The notes beneath the pieces are model-generated. The model was not told the origin of the DNA. It saw only the letters and a program-made list of their open reading frames with translations, and ran no database searches. The position numbers and the translations under genes were made by a program. Shown here piece after piece: positions 28,901-46,081 of a stretch of DNA of 64,000 nucleotides. Source of the stretch: the human T2T-CHM13v2.0 reference genome, Homo sapiens; the NCBI RefSeq assembly GCF_009914755.1, contig NC_060947.1; one strand, given 5' to 3'. Every line of letters begins with the position of its first letter. Within the stretch, counting starts at the first letter, position 1.

Positions 28901-30450
28901 CCTCAGCCTTAGGCATTATCTATCATCTTCACTCCTTCTGGTGGCTTCGATCTTTAGGTAAGGTAGAAAAAAGCCAACCATGTTCTAAAAAGGACATTAG
29001 CAAAACTGCGTCAGTAGACCTCAGAGGCCTGGGCTTCTCTTCTACCATAGCCCCTTTGTACATAAGGATGGCTCCAAAGGGAACCGTAAAACTTAGTCCA
29101 TTTGAAATGACCTATGGGAGGCTTTTTTTTTTCCTTCAGGCCTCCTGCTTAATAAAGAGACACATAGAATGCTCACATGTATTATCAACTTAGGCCAGGT
29201 TCGAAAGGCCCTTCAAGAATACGGAAATGAAGTGTTGCCTCCTCCCACAAGGGAAAGAATTAACTCCATCAACTCCTTCATTCAACGAAGAGACTTAATC
29301 TTACTAAAAACTTGGAAAGAAGGATCCCCTGAGGATCAATTACAACCCAAATGGAAGGGTCCTTATCAGGTGTTAAGTACCCTTATTGATATAGTTTGGA
29401 TATTTGTCCCCATAGCAATGCAAGAATGGCCTAATATACCCACTGTGGGTGGCGAGCCACCCAGGTGCCAAGGCAAGAGACCGAGGGCACAAGCTGTTCC
29501 AGTATAATAAAGAAAATATATAGAATAAGAATAGTTATACTAGAAATAGATTATAGATATGATTATATATGAATATTATTAATCATTAGTTTGTAGCATA
29601 CTCTTTATTCCAATATTGTAATAATCTTTGTTCTACAATTATAACCTAGGAAAAACCAGGCCATACAGAGATAGGAGCTGAAGGGACACAGTGAGAAGTG
29701 ACCAGAAGACAAGTGTGAGCCCTCTGTTATGCCTGGACAGGGCCACTAGAGGGTTCCTTGGTCTAGCGGTAGTGCCAGTGCCTGGGAAGGCACCCGTTAC
29801 TTAGCAGACTGCGAAAGGGAGTCTCCCTTTCCCCTGGGGGAGTTAGAGAAGCCTCTGTTCTACCACCTCTTGTGGAAGGCCTGATATCAGTCAGGCCCGA
29901 CCGCAGCCATCCGGAGGCCTAACCATCTCCCTGTGATGCTGTGCTTCAGTGGTCATGCTCCTGGTCCACTTTCCTGTTCCACCCTGTACACCTGGCTCTG
30001 CCTTCTAGATAGCAGTAGCAGAATTAGTGAAAGTACTAAAGTCTTTGAAATGCATAGAAGAAATAATGACGTAAGCTGTCCCCTCTCTCTCTCTCCGCCT
30101 CGGCTACCAAACAGGGAAGGGCCCCCTGTCTGGTGGACACGTGACTTGCATGACCTTACCTATCATTGGAGATGGCTCACACTCTTTATGCTGCCCCCTT
30201 GCCTTGTATCCAATAAATAATAGTGCAGCCAGGCATTCGGGGGCCACTACCGGTCTCCACGTCTTGGTGGTAGTGGTCCCCTGGGCCCAGCTGTCTTTTC
30301 TTCTATCTCTTTGTCTTGTGTCTTTATTTCTATGATCCCTCGTCTCTGCACATGAGGAGAAAAACCCACAGGCCTTTTAGGGCTGGACCCTACAACCCAC
30401 TGCTGTGAAACTTCAGGACATCACTAGCTGAGTACACCTATCCAGGATGA
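25941..30450 (+). pseudogene. ERV pro-pol remnant (PR, RT, RNase H, IN), 3' end interrupted by inserts
   Basis: LVDMGA protease motif about 26040; YRFVQNLRAVN, LKDAFF, LPQGFRDSP, QYMDD (26957-26971); WFRDGSS RNase H; IDFTQMP and KWKGPY integrase; PTAVKL resumes after 30394. Confidence 0.9.
29444..30394 (+). mobile_element. LTR13/LTR13A-like solo LTR (HERV-K class, beta-type)
   Basis: TGTGGGTGGCGAGCCACCCAGGTGCC start, GGGCTGGACCCTACA end; perfect 6-bp TSD ACCCAC (29438-29443, 30395-30400); AATAAA at 30212. Confidence 0.85.
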
Positions 30451-30724
30451 AACCCATTTCTTATGAGTCCCCACAAATGCAAAAGAAGAACACCATGACC
30501 TATACCTGTGAATCTTTGGAGTACCTCCACTACCTATTTAAAAGAATCAACACTCAGCCAGAAGTGGTAATGTGATGCTGTGAGTGGGAATAGGAACATT
30601 AATTTTTCTCTTCTTCCTGATTGTATACTTCTTTTCTATTGCTTTGGCCACTTGCCTCCTCCTGGGAAATACCTCTTTTGTCCTTGTTGGGTGTAGAGGC
30701 CACTCTAAGGTCCAACCAGACACC

Positions 30725-32280
30725 ATGCTGCCACTGTTAATCCTGTTTGCCATCCTGATTAACCTAATCCAGTGTGGTGGGAATAAAACTCTACAGTAAA
30801 TATTTCAAAAATCATAACATCAAGGAATCATCTTCATGATTGCTGCATTTGTCATCAACATCCCCACGATAAAGAGTTCCACTTTCTGACACATCTGGAA
30901 AACCTCATGGCCATCTCCCTGGACCTCCTAATTAACCATAGTGATCCCTTAGTACCCAGATCCTTACTTGTTAGGTGGAACTCTTTCCCACTTAATGAAT
31001 TTGACCTAACTGCCCCTGCCACTATTACCTGGACCTGGGAGATTGGGTACCTGTACTTCAGGTGTCCTAATGACACTATGTTTTGCACTCATTGTGTTAA
31101 TGACACAAAAGTGGATACTTTCCTGACATGCTCTGATCCAATCCTAGTTGCCAAATTCCTGAGGCCACAGACAGGTAAATGGGATCCCACTTGTAAGTGA
31201 GAAAACAACACATGGTGCTTCCTCCTCGATCAGAACATGCAAGGGGAAAATAACTGTCTAATCTAGGAAGGTAAGAGTACTGGCTTCTTCTGGAAAACAA
31301 AGGATGTTTGACTACCCCCATTGGAGCAAGGGAAATATATCTATAGACACGACTGGGTAACAAAGGATAGACATCACATCTCATAGGACTTCTATTTGTG
31401 CCCCAACTGGGCTTATTTTTGTCTGTGGCCATGAGTAAGTAGAAGTCCCACCTCATAACCACTCCTGACTCCCTGGGGAGCTATCTGTTCTTTTAGGAGT
31501 AGCTTTTCCTTGTATACTAAAAACTAGAAATGGGGTGAATGTATACTGGCCATCATTGCCCCTCTGGGAGTCACCATCTATAATCCCATAAGGCCCAGGA
31601 ATATCAGAAATAAATGAGCAATAGGGTTAATTCTGGCAGGAATCGAGACAGTAATAGGACTAGTGGCCCCCTGGGGTGGCTTTGTCTCCCATTAGTCAAT
31701 CCTAAAGAACTTGACTCAAACCCTAGAATCACTGGCCACCAATATAGGCCAGGCATTAAACAGAATTCAAGAGTTCCTAGACTCTTTGACAAATGTTGTC
31801 CTTGACAACAGACTAGCATTGGATTATTGGATTATTTGCTAGCTGAACAAGGTGGAGTCTGTGCAGTTATTAATATGACCTGCTGCATGTACATTAATAA
31901 CTCTGGAAAATCGAGGTTAACATTAGGAAATCTATGAACAAGCTACCTGGTTAGATAGATGTAACCAGGGCACTGACCCCAGCTGTATCTGGTCACTTAT
32001 CAAAAGTGCCCTCCCAAATCTTGCCTGGTTTTTACCTTTCCTAGGAACTTGCTAGCTATCCTGTTACTACTAATTTTTGGCCCTTGCTTGTTTAACCACT
32101 TAGTAAAGTTTGTGTCTTCCAGATTACAGTAAATCCATGTAAAGAATGCTGGCACAAGGCTTCCAACCCATCCTGTATTCTGACCTGGAGAATGAAAATA
32201 TCCTGCCTTTGGTTCCGTTAGATCAGATATCCAGAAATTTTTACTCCTCCAATGCTAGGCAGGGCCTATGCCCATAAAAA
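30725..32280 (+). pseudogene. ERV env remnant (gamma-type SU/TM)
   Basis: CACCATG plus signal peptide MLPLLILFAILINLIQC; DCCICH (CWIC-like); furin site RNK* then AIGLILAGI (31606-31617); ISD VLDNRLALDY; CAVINMTCC (CX6CC); multiple disablements. Confidence 0.85.
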
Positions 32281-32639
32281 CAGCAGGAAACAGTTACAGA
32301 AGATGGATCTCTGACCTGCAGCTCCTTTAAGATTAAGGAGGCATATCTAATCTCCGAGCAGGGGAATGAGGTAGGAGAAAAGTAGCACTTGTTTTCTGGA
32401 CCAGATAGAAAACCAGCCAGAACCAGCAAGTGGCACCAAAAGCAACCTCTGGTTGCCCTTGCTGCCCATCAGCATAAGACACTCCCCCCACCGGTGCCGT
32501 GACAGTTTACAAACTCCATGGCAGCACCCAGAAGTTACTGCCCATTTTCTAGAGATTTCTGAATAACCCACCCCTTAATTTGCATGCAATTAAAAGTGGA
32601 TATAAATACAGTTAGCCAACAGCCTACACATTGCTATTG

Positions 32640-32980
32640 TTTTTAGAAAATTTTTATTTTTAATTTTTGTGGGTACATAGTATGTGTATATATTTATGGG
32701 TTACATGTGATATTTTGATATAGGCATGCAATGCATAGTACTCACATCAGGGTAAATCAGGTATCCATCACCTCAAGCATTTGTCCTTTGTGTTGCAAAC
32801 AATCCAGTAATACTTAGTTATTTTAAAATGTACAGTTAAATTATTTTTTACTATAGTCACCCTGTTCTGCTAGCAAATACTTTGTCTTATTCATTCTTTT
32901 AAACTATTTTTTGTACCAGTTAACCCTCTCCACTTCCCCCAACCCCCATGAGCTTCCCAGCCTCTGATAACCATCCTTCT
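32640..32980 (-). mobile_element. L1MA-like 3' fragment inside the 3' LTR
   Basis: TTTTTAATTTTTGTGGGTACATAG...CATCACCTCAAGCATTT; absent from the 5' LTR. Confidence 0.75.
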
Positions 32981-33139
32981 ATACATGCTGCATTACCTAT
33001 GGGCTAGCCCTGCTCTGCAATGAGCAGTCACTGAGCTGTAACACTGCTACTTCAATAAAGCTGCTTTCTTCCACCACTGGCTCGCTCTTGAATTTGTTCC
33101 TGGGCAAAACCAAAGACCTGCTCTGCATCAATTGGCTGT

Positions 33140-34975
33140 GTAGAATACCCAGAATTATCCACAGATGCATCATTAGAATATATCACTGTTGCTGGATACA
33201 AAATCAATATGCAAAAATCAATTGGTATTTCTGTATAACAGCAACATTTAATAAATGAAATTTTAAAAGGCTCTACCATTTAAAATTGTATCAAACTATC
33301 AAGTCTTTAAGTTTAAAAAATGTGTGCAAGACCGCTAAAGAAAACACTCTAAATGCTTATTGATATATATTAATGAAAATTAAATAAATTTAAAGTTACA
33401 CTATGCTTATAGATTGCAGGACTCAATATTGTGAAGACTCTTAAAGAAACAGGAGGAAGGATTTGCTTTAGCAAATGTAAAGTTATTATAAAGCAATAGT
33501 AATTAGGACACTTTGGTACCAATATAGTGATGTACACATAGATGAGTGGATAGGCTAGACAGCCCAGAAACTGACCCTGAGCCTGCTTTCATGGCTGCTT
33601 GATTCGTGACACTAGTAGCATTGCAGAGCATTTAGAAAAGAAAATGTTTCCAACAAATAGTGTTGAGACAACAGGTTATACACTTGGAAAGAAATAAAAA
33701 TAAATCCCCTACTTCACACCAGATATGGGAAAACAATCTCAGGTGTATTTTAGAGCAAAATGTCATAGGCAAAATAATAAAGCTTGTAGAAAAAAATGTA
33801 GAAGAGCTTTTCACACCCTCTGGGTATGGAAGGATTTCTCAAACAAGTCAAAAAATACTAATTATAGTGGGAAATGTTAAAAAAATTATGAACCACATTA
33901 AGATTAAGACCTTTTGTTCATAAAAAGACAACATTACTAGCAGGAAAAGGCAAGCCACAGAATGTAAGAAGATATTTATCAAATATTTAGGTGACAATAG
34001 CTTAGTTCCAGAGCACATAAACGATTCTTAGAAATCAAAGAGAGGAAGACAAATAACACAATAGTAATGGCCAAGAGACTTAAACAGAACATTGTCCAAA
34101 GAGGAAATCCAAATAGCCAACATTATTAATCATTAGAGAAATGCACAGTGAAACCACACTGCAGTACCATTTTATATACCCACCAAACTGACTAAACTTA
34201 ATGAGTCTAGTAATATCAAGAGTTGGTGAGGATGTGGATCAGTAGGCAATTTCTTTTTGTTTTTTCTTTTGGAAACTGATGAGTGCTAAAGTAGGCAATT
34301 TCATATACTGCTGTTGAGAGCACAAATTAGTTGAATTGCTTTAGGGAAGAGTTTATTGTTTGTTATGTATTCAAGATGAAGATACACATTCCCTTATGAC
34401 CCAACCATTTATTTCCCTCTTAAATATTTACCCCAGAGGAATTATGCGTATGTGCACCAGGACACAAGTAAAATAATGATCATGTCAACATTATTTACAA
34501 TAACCCCAAATTGGAAACAACTTGAATTCCCATTGAGTGTAACCTGGATAAAATAATTGTGATAGATTTGTACAATGGAACACTATGCATCAACAAACAT
34601 GAAAAACTGAAATCACACATGGAAAATCCTGGATTAATTTTGAAAATATATTATTGAATGAAAGAAACCAGACCAAAACAAGTACGCACTAGCGTGATTA
34701 TATTTCCATAAATTTTAAAGCCAAGAAGAAACTCTGTTGCTTAGAGATGCATATTAAGAAGGTAAACCCTGTAGAGAAAAGCAAGGAACTGATTACTGTA
34801 AAGGACATCATGATTGCCTCTAGGAAGAATACTGGAGTTGTCAAAGGGAATGGATTATGCCTGTTGCTGATATGTTTCTGTAAATATCTGGATGCTTTAT
34901 AATAGTTTAATAAACTGTACATTTAGTCTTTATGTACTTTTCTGTATGTTATCTTTAATAATTAAAACGATTAAA
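33140..34975 (+). mobile_element. Old L1M (L1MC/ME-like) ORF2 to 3' UTR remnants
   Basis: Degenerate L1 text (GCTGGATACAAAATCAATATGCAAAAATCAAT; ATTAGAGAAATGCA; CCCCAAATTGGAAACAAC). Confidence 0.7.
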
Positions 34976-35019
34976 TTATGTGTTGCCTAAAGGTTTTTTT
35001 TTTTAATTTTTGAGATTTT

Positions 35020-35184
35020 GGCCAGGTGTGGTGGCTCATGCCAGTAATCCCAGCTCTTTGGGAGGCTGAGGCAGGAGGATCACTTGAGCCCAGGAGTTTG
35101 AGGTTACAGTGAGCTATGCTGATACTGCTGTACTCCAGCCTGGGTGACAGAATGAGATGCTGTTTCTTAAAAAAAAAAAAAAAA
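35020..35184 (+). mobile_element. Monomeric Alu (FRAM/FAM-like)
   Basis: Single 7SL-derived arm running directly into CCAGCCTGGGTGACAGA and A tail. Confidence 0.75.
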
Positions 35185-35475
35185 GAAGAGAGTGCGTAAT
35201 ATAGGCAACATGGGTTATTAAAGATTGGATACATTAAAAGGGAACTGAATTTAAAGTCTAGAGGCCTAGGTTTGGTCTCCAGCCTTACTATTCAGTAGCT
35301 CAGTAGCTGCGAGCCTTTGGGAATATTTTTTTCTTACTAGAAGAAAAATTATATTTTAATATTTCATGAAAATAGAAGTAAATTAATGTTTTAAAGGCAA
35401 GCCATTATAGTATTTTAGCTATGCTTTCTAGTTTGCCTGGGAGAGTCCTATTTTATGCCTGTTTTCCTAGAATAA

Positions 35476-37389
<1,914 letters not shown>

Positions 37390-37619
37390 TTACTCATATA
37401 TATCGATGAGGCCATGCTTTTGAAAGACATTTGTAAGCCATTAAACACCACACATGTACAGTGTCTATAAAGGAAGAACAAAAGGCAAAATATAAAAAAT
37501 AAATGATTTAAAAACATTGATGTCTGTGAGAGAAAATAGTCACAGGAAGACATTCCTAGGTCAGTTTGCTGAATTATCTATCTTGGAAAGGTGGTTTAAA
37601 ACAGATTTAATAAGATTTT

Positions 37620-40279
<2,660 letters not shown>

Positions 40280-40836
40280 AATAGGAATGTTTTTAAAAAC
40301 AGCTTTAATAGAAATGGTTCATTTCTCATGACAGAAGGTGAAATATATATTTCTGCTTATTGAATTATACTTCTGTATATTTGTAGTAAAATTTTTAGCA
40401 TTTTCACCACGATGTTTGTAGGTTATGCTTTTTCTCCAATATTTGTGGCCACTGTCTGTTTTGCCAACATCATAGTATTTATTTATTTATTTATTTATTC
40501 ACTTATAGCATTTTAAAGAGTTTCACCAATGAACTGGTTGGTTTTCCCCTCACGATTTTATATGTATGGTTACTATGCTTTAGGTTTTTAGTGCTAATAT
40601 ATATAGAACTCTTCTGGGTATCCCCATTTCCTTTCTACTTCTTTGAACATGTTCAGGAGGAATTTTATGTAAACTTATCAGGGTGGCATATCTTAAATGC
40701 TCCTTGCTAGAATTCAATTTCAGCATTTTATACTTGACAATTTTTTTGAGCTAATTCTGATTTTCTTCATGTTTTGATAGTAATTGTAATATAATTATAA
40801 TTTAATTAAATAGACACTTTAGAGGTAAATTTTATT

Positions 40837-41158
40837 ATTTATTAATTTATTTATTCGGGACAGAGTCTCGTTCTGCTGCCCTGGCTGGAGTGCAGTGGCA
40901 CCATCATAGCTCACTGTGGCCTTGATCTCCTGGGCTCAAGTGATTCTCCCACCTCAGCCTCCTGAGTGGCTGGGACTACAGGTGTGTGCCACCACACCTG
41001 GCTAAATTTTTAAAAAATTTTTTTGTAGAGACGAGATGTTGCTATGCTTCTCCAACTCCTGCCTTGGCTCCTGCCTCCAACTCCTATTGCTCAAGCGATA
41101 CTCCTGTCTTGGCTTCCCAAAGTGCTGGGATTACAGGCATGGTCACTGTGTCTGCCCA
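40837..41158 (-). mobile_element. Alu (AluJ-like)
   Basis: Reverse-strand Alu; TSD GTAAATTTTATT (40825-40836, 41159-41170). Confidence 0.88.
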
Positions 41159-41934
41159 GTAAATTTTATTGCGAATTCTAATTCTTCAAGATGCTTTAGA
41201 CTGTAAATTAATTTTTAATTAAACTTTAATCCAAGACAAATGAATTGAACTTAAATTTAAAATTGAATTAAAATGTAGCATTTAAATTCAATTTATTCAT
41301 TTTAAAGTTTAATTTATAATTCCAAGAAATAACATATCAACCTGAAGAATTTGAAAAAGAAAATCCAAAGTGATTATGGTTTGAAAAAATAGAAAATAAG
41401 ATTTAGAAAAATTTAAAAAGTCAGGTGCTTTTCAGGTATAAACAAAATTTTAGATGGGAAAAGTAGGGTTTGGTACAAGAATATTTCAATTTATACTTAT
41501 GCTGGTCCCTGATTTTGAAGTTTTCCCTCACTTACTAAGGTATATGCACATTATCTTAGGTAATATTCAAACACATTTATTCTAGCTTTAATAAACAAAA
41601 TGAAACGTTCTTGTTGAAGCTGTTTGCAGGCATAATAATCAGTAAATTTGGCAAATATAGTGAATGGATCGTTTGGTAAATTCCTTATGTGGTAAACTGG
41701 ATTTGAAGAGTTGACCTGCATTTAGAGAGCTGTGGTCCTGCATCACAAAGCAAGGCAGAGAGACTCCTCAACACCATGGCTATGCCTGGCTAATCTAAAC
41801 TGCATGCTTATGCATGGAAGAGAGGTGGCTCCTTGTTGGCAAGGTGTCTTTTCAGCCCCACTTGGATTCTGGTCCCGTACTCACAGGTCCTATTATAGGT
41901 TTCGAGCTTTCATGCCACACTGAGAGTAACTAAT

Positions 41935-42140
41935 AGTAATTTTAGCTATCATTTGTTATGTCTTTACTACTTGTCAGGCACCATACTCAGTGCTTTATAA
42001 ACCCTGTCTTTTATAATACCTACAGCCTCCCCCACCTCAATTATTATCCTCATTTTTCCAAATCAAGCATCTAAGGCTGAGTGTGGCTAAGTAATTTGCC
42101 CAAGGTCACACAGCTAATGAGTGGTAGACCAGGAATTTAA
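41935..42140 (-). mobile_element. MIR SINE
   Basis: MIR core ATTATCCTCATTTT..AAGTAATTTGCCCAAGGTCACACAGCTAATGAGTGG. Confidence 0.7.
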
Positions 42141-43079
42141 AATCATATTAGTTTCCCTCTTAAATAGTATACTATGTTTTCATCTGGGTGATCTTGACAC
42201 CTTTGAAGATTTACTTTCCTAGGACACTAGAATGTCTTTAGAAATCAAGCCTTAAACATACTGGTAATTAGTGGATAGGCAGACATTTTCTTTAGGCTCA
42301 GAGGATTTCACAGACATAGACATAGTCTACTGTGCAAATCTTTGATTAATGACCAAGTGAATACTTATGGGGTATGCAGAAATTCAGTTGAAAGGAGGAT
42401 GGAGCTACAGTTCCACACTGTGGTGTTTATGGTGGTCTCTAGGGATCTCCCTCCTCCTTTTTTTTCCCTAGAGGTTATCAAGAGTTGGTAGGGTAGTGGG
42501 CCAGGTCAAGATGAAACAAGCTATTTCAGTAGAAATCCCTAAATTGTGCTAAGGAGTCATTTGAAAGAAAAAAGTAATTGTTCAAATCAACCTTTGTTTC
42601 TTATTTGCTCATAGTAGAAGTCTCACCAGTACTTTATCAGCTCTGTGACTTACTTGACACTCTCAGTATCCTGACCTGGTTAGAAAGGAAACCCCAGTTA
42701 TGCCCAGAAAAATTAGTTAGGGTACTGCCAAAAATTTCAAGAAACATGGTCAGAGACAACTACTATGTACCATTCATATCTTATTGAGTTAAAATATGAT
42801 TTGATAAGCAGGTGCAAGATTGGGGATCATTCTGGTTCAAAAATTTTAGTTGAATTAAATTCACTGGAACGTGACCATCTTCTTAAGAGCAGAAGCAGTA
42901 TGCTGTCTGTCTTTGTTTACAGAGCTTCTGGAATGGTTCCTTTCACATGATGGGGCAGAATATTTATTGAGAAGTATCTACATACTCAATACACTGTGTT
43001 CTTGGCAACAAACATCAAATTAGAAAAATACAATGAAAAATTGAACAGACATTAGCACTTATTATGTGCTCAGGATGTG

Positions 43080-43240
43080 TGTAGTACACCAGAAAGAGCT
43101 TAATGGCCCTGGGTTCAAATCCAAAGCCTGTCACTTAATGTCTGTGGGACTTGGGTAAGCCATTTAACCTCTGAGCCACAATTTCTTCATCTATATGTGG
43201 GGAAACACATACCCACTTTGCAGAGTTGTTTAAAGGATTC
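43080..43240 (+). mobile_element. MIR SINE
   Basis: CTGGGTTCAAATCC..CTTGGGTAAGCCATTTAACCTCTGAGCCACAATTTCTTCATCT. Confidence 0.65.
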
Positions 43241-44545
43241 ATTTATTCATTTTATCCTTTGATTATTAAGCCTTACTGTGTGATGTGATGGGCAGTGTGC
43301 CAACCTTTACAGCCCAAGAAACTGGTGCTCAAATAATCTCTTAGTGATATCAGAATGTCCAATTAGGGGTACTTCCTGGAAAGATTGGAAAGAGGTGATC
43401 TAGGCAGGAAACAAAACCTCTTAAAGATCACTTGTTCTAATACTTCATTTTACACATAAGTAAAATGGGACTCACTAAGAATGTGTGTCCATATGTAATT
43501 GTTGGCGTAAAACCAGTCTCCTAGTCCAGCTTCTTTTTACCACACCAGAACAGACCAGAACAATATTCATAGGCCACTTAATGTCTTAAACTCCAGAACC
43601 ATATTGAGTTAAAGGGGCAAAGGAGATACAATTCTAGTCAGGAAGCTGGGCAAGATGTGTTAAATGAGGCTGTTTGAAAGGAATGTTGAGAGGGAGTGAA
43701 TGGAGTGTTCAGGGGTAGCTGGCAGATGTGCTTCATCTAGTTGGGCCTTAGGTCCCAAAACAGCCATGCCAGTGAACGCGCAGCATTAGGACAGGTGGAG
43801 ATTTTTGTGCATCAAGGACCTCTACTCTCTGGCTCTTGAGGACTTTCCTCTTCCTGTTAACAGTTCTGAGAATTGCAAGAACAAATGTTAGAGCTATAAT
43901 ACTGTTCATGATACCTACCGCAATGAGATAGACAAGGACTGGAGAAATAACATTACTTCTATTTTTGAGGAAGAACTATTTCCATGAGGTAATTGTTCAC
44001 ATAAACATTTTGTCATTGGCAAAACCAAGGGACATCCCTTGTAATAACAAGGGATCATAAACTGGAACTAGCCCTATTATCTTACTCTTAACTCTAGTAT
44101 ACACCATTAGAAATCATCATGAGCAATATTCTAGTAAAGTATTGCTTATGATCAGTGAAGTTAGCAGTCATGTTTGTCATAGAATTTGATGCATACTAGA
44201 ATGGATTTACTTGTAAGAGAAGGGGAGGAAGGGGGAGGTGGAGACAGACAGAGAGAGAGAGAAGAAAATAAATGTTGAGCATACAAATGAATTTCAACAT
44301 TCACGTTCCAAAAACATCACATAGTCCGCGGAGATAAAAATACACAAAGAATTATGTAACATAAGTTTGACACATATTAAATTCCTGAAATTCAACTGTG
44401 TGACATATAAAAAGGGCAGCTTCACATGGTTCAACACAGTGCAATAGTAAAATAAGCAGACGTTGTTCAATCTGAGGAAGCTGATTGTCCCCCACTCCCC
44501 CAAAAATAAAAGAAACAAGCAGATGTTACACAAAGTTCATAAGTA

Positions 44546-44898
44546 GGTTGGGCGTGGTGGCTCATGCCTGTAATCCCAGCACTTTGGGATCCCGCCTTCC
44601 CTGACCTGCAGATCACCTGAGGTCAGGAGTTTGAGACCAGCCTGATCAACACGGTAAAACCCCATCTCTACTAAAAATACAAAAATTAGTCAGGTATGGT
44701 GGCGGGCGCCTGTAATCCCAGCTACTCGGGAGGCTGAGGCAGGATAATCACTTGAAGCCAGGAAGTGGAGTTGCAGTAAGCCGAGATTGTGCCACTGCAC
44801 TCTAGCCTGGGCCACAGAGACACTCTCTCTCAAAAAAACAAAATGAAACAAACAAACAAACAACAACAACAAAACAAAAAACAAAAAACAAAAAAACC
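44546..44898 (+). mobile_element. Alu (AluS-like) with (CAAA)n tail
   Basis: Dimeric Alu; TSD AAAGT(T/G)CATAAGTA on both sides. Confidence 0.88.
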
Positions 44899-45880
44899 AA
44901 AGTGCATAAGTAAAGCAGGGTCTAGGTTTGGGTGGTGGAGAGTAGGGTGAGGGTGGAGGGGTGGGCATTAAAATTCACAAACTGTATAGACCTGGAAGAA
45001 GAGTAGAAATTGGATCTTTAGTTATTGTTGGCACTAATGTTTTAAATGTTTATGAATGCAGTTGATAATTTGGAAATCACACTAGAGAAGACTCGATTCC
45101 TATGGTAAATTCCTTTGAAAAATTAAAGAATATTGTGCTATGTAAATATTTTCCTCTAGTTATTTCTGTTGTAAATTCATACTGGTTCTCTTAAAGGGTG
45201 GCACCAGATTAACAGTGTGTGTGCTCAGAACTTGTGTTGTCATCAGACTGAATAATTCTGAATGTTAATAATTAGCATGTAGAGCTTCAGGCATACTGTT
45301 TATTCTATTAACCCTCACTCCTCTTTTTGTGTAGTGGAGTTCCTTGTGGAGTTTTCCACCCATGCACTCCTAACAGCATGGTTGCTATCCAGACTTACTG
45401 CAAGCTGTCATTCTGATACTTCTCTACTTGCCTTTTACTCCCTACACTCTCAAGCTTCTTTTTTCTCCCCATTTGGGCAGTAATACATCTTTAAGTAGTT
45501 TCCCTGAATGAGTCTTGGTATGTGAACTTCCTGAGATTGTGCATTTCTGAAAAGGTCTTCAAACTGTCCTCACCTTTGATTAATATATTAAAATGACTAT
45601 ATTATATACAAGTGGGTAGTGACCACTGTTGTGATGAACCCTATTCCAATCTTTGAACGGTTATTCATTTCTCTTTGAGCTGTTCAGATGTTTTAGTCTG
45701 CTTCCTGCATTATAGGGTTGCAGTCACTCTACCTAAGATAACTGTTTTCTGCTCTACAGGGGCATGTTCTCTCTGCTAATGAATACTTCTCCTGACAGGG
45801 CTCAGTTTCTAGAGCATAAAGAGGAGGTCAAAGTTCTCATGGAACTATGAAGGGCACAGTTGTTGGTTCCAGCTCATCTT

Positions 45881-46081
45881 TTTTTTTTTTTAATTTATTA
45901 AAAACTTTTTTTAAGTTCTTTTTTTTATTATACTTAAAGTTCTAGGGTACATGTGCACAATGTGCAGGTTTGTTACATATGTATACATGCGCCATGTTGG
46001 TGTGCTGCACCCATTAACTCATCATTTACATTAGGTATATCTCCTAATGCTATCCCTCCCCCCTCCCCCCACCCTATGACA
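45881..46081 (-). mobile_element. Very short L1PA 3' end insertion
   Basis: L1PA 3' UTR; TSD GGTTCCAGCTCATCTT (45865-45880, 46082-46097). Confidence 0.88.

Larger units (their letters stand above)
21834..33130 (+). mobile_element. Defective full-length class I (ERV1/gamma-like) provirus, MER50/MER83/MER84-like LTRs (family tentative)
   Basis: Paired LTRs TGAGGTAGGAGA...CTGCATCA (21834-22620, 32367-33130); 4-bp TSD ATTG (21830-21833, 33131-33134); PBS 22623-22640; purine tract before the 3' LTR; gag, pro, pol and env remnants in order. Confidence 0.92.
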
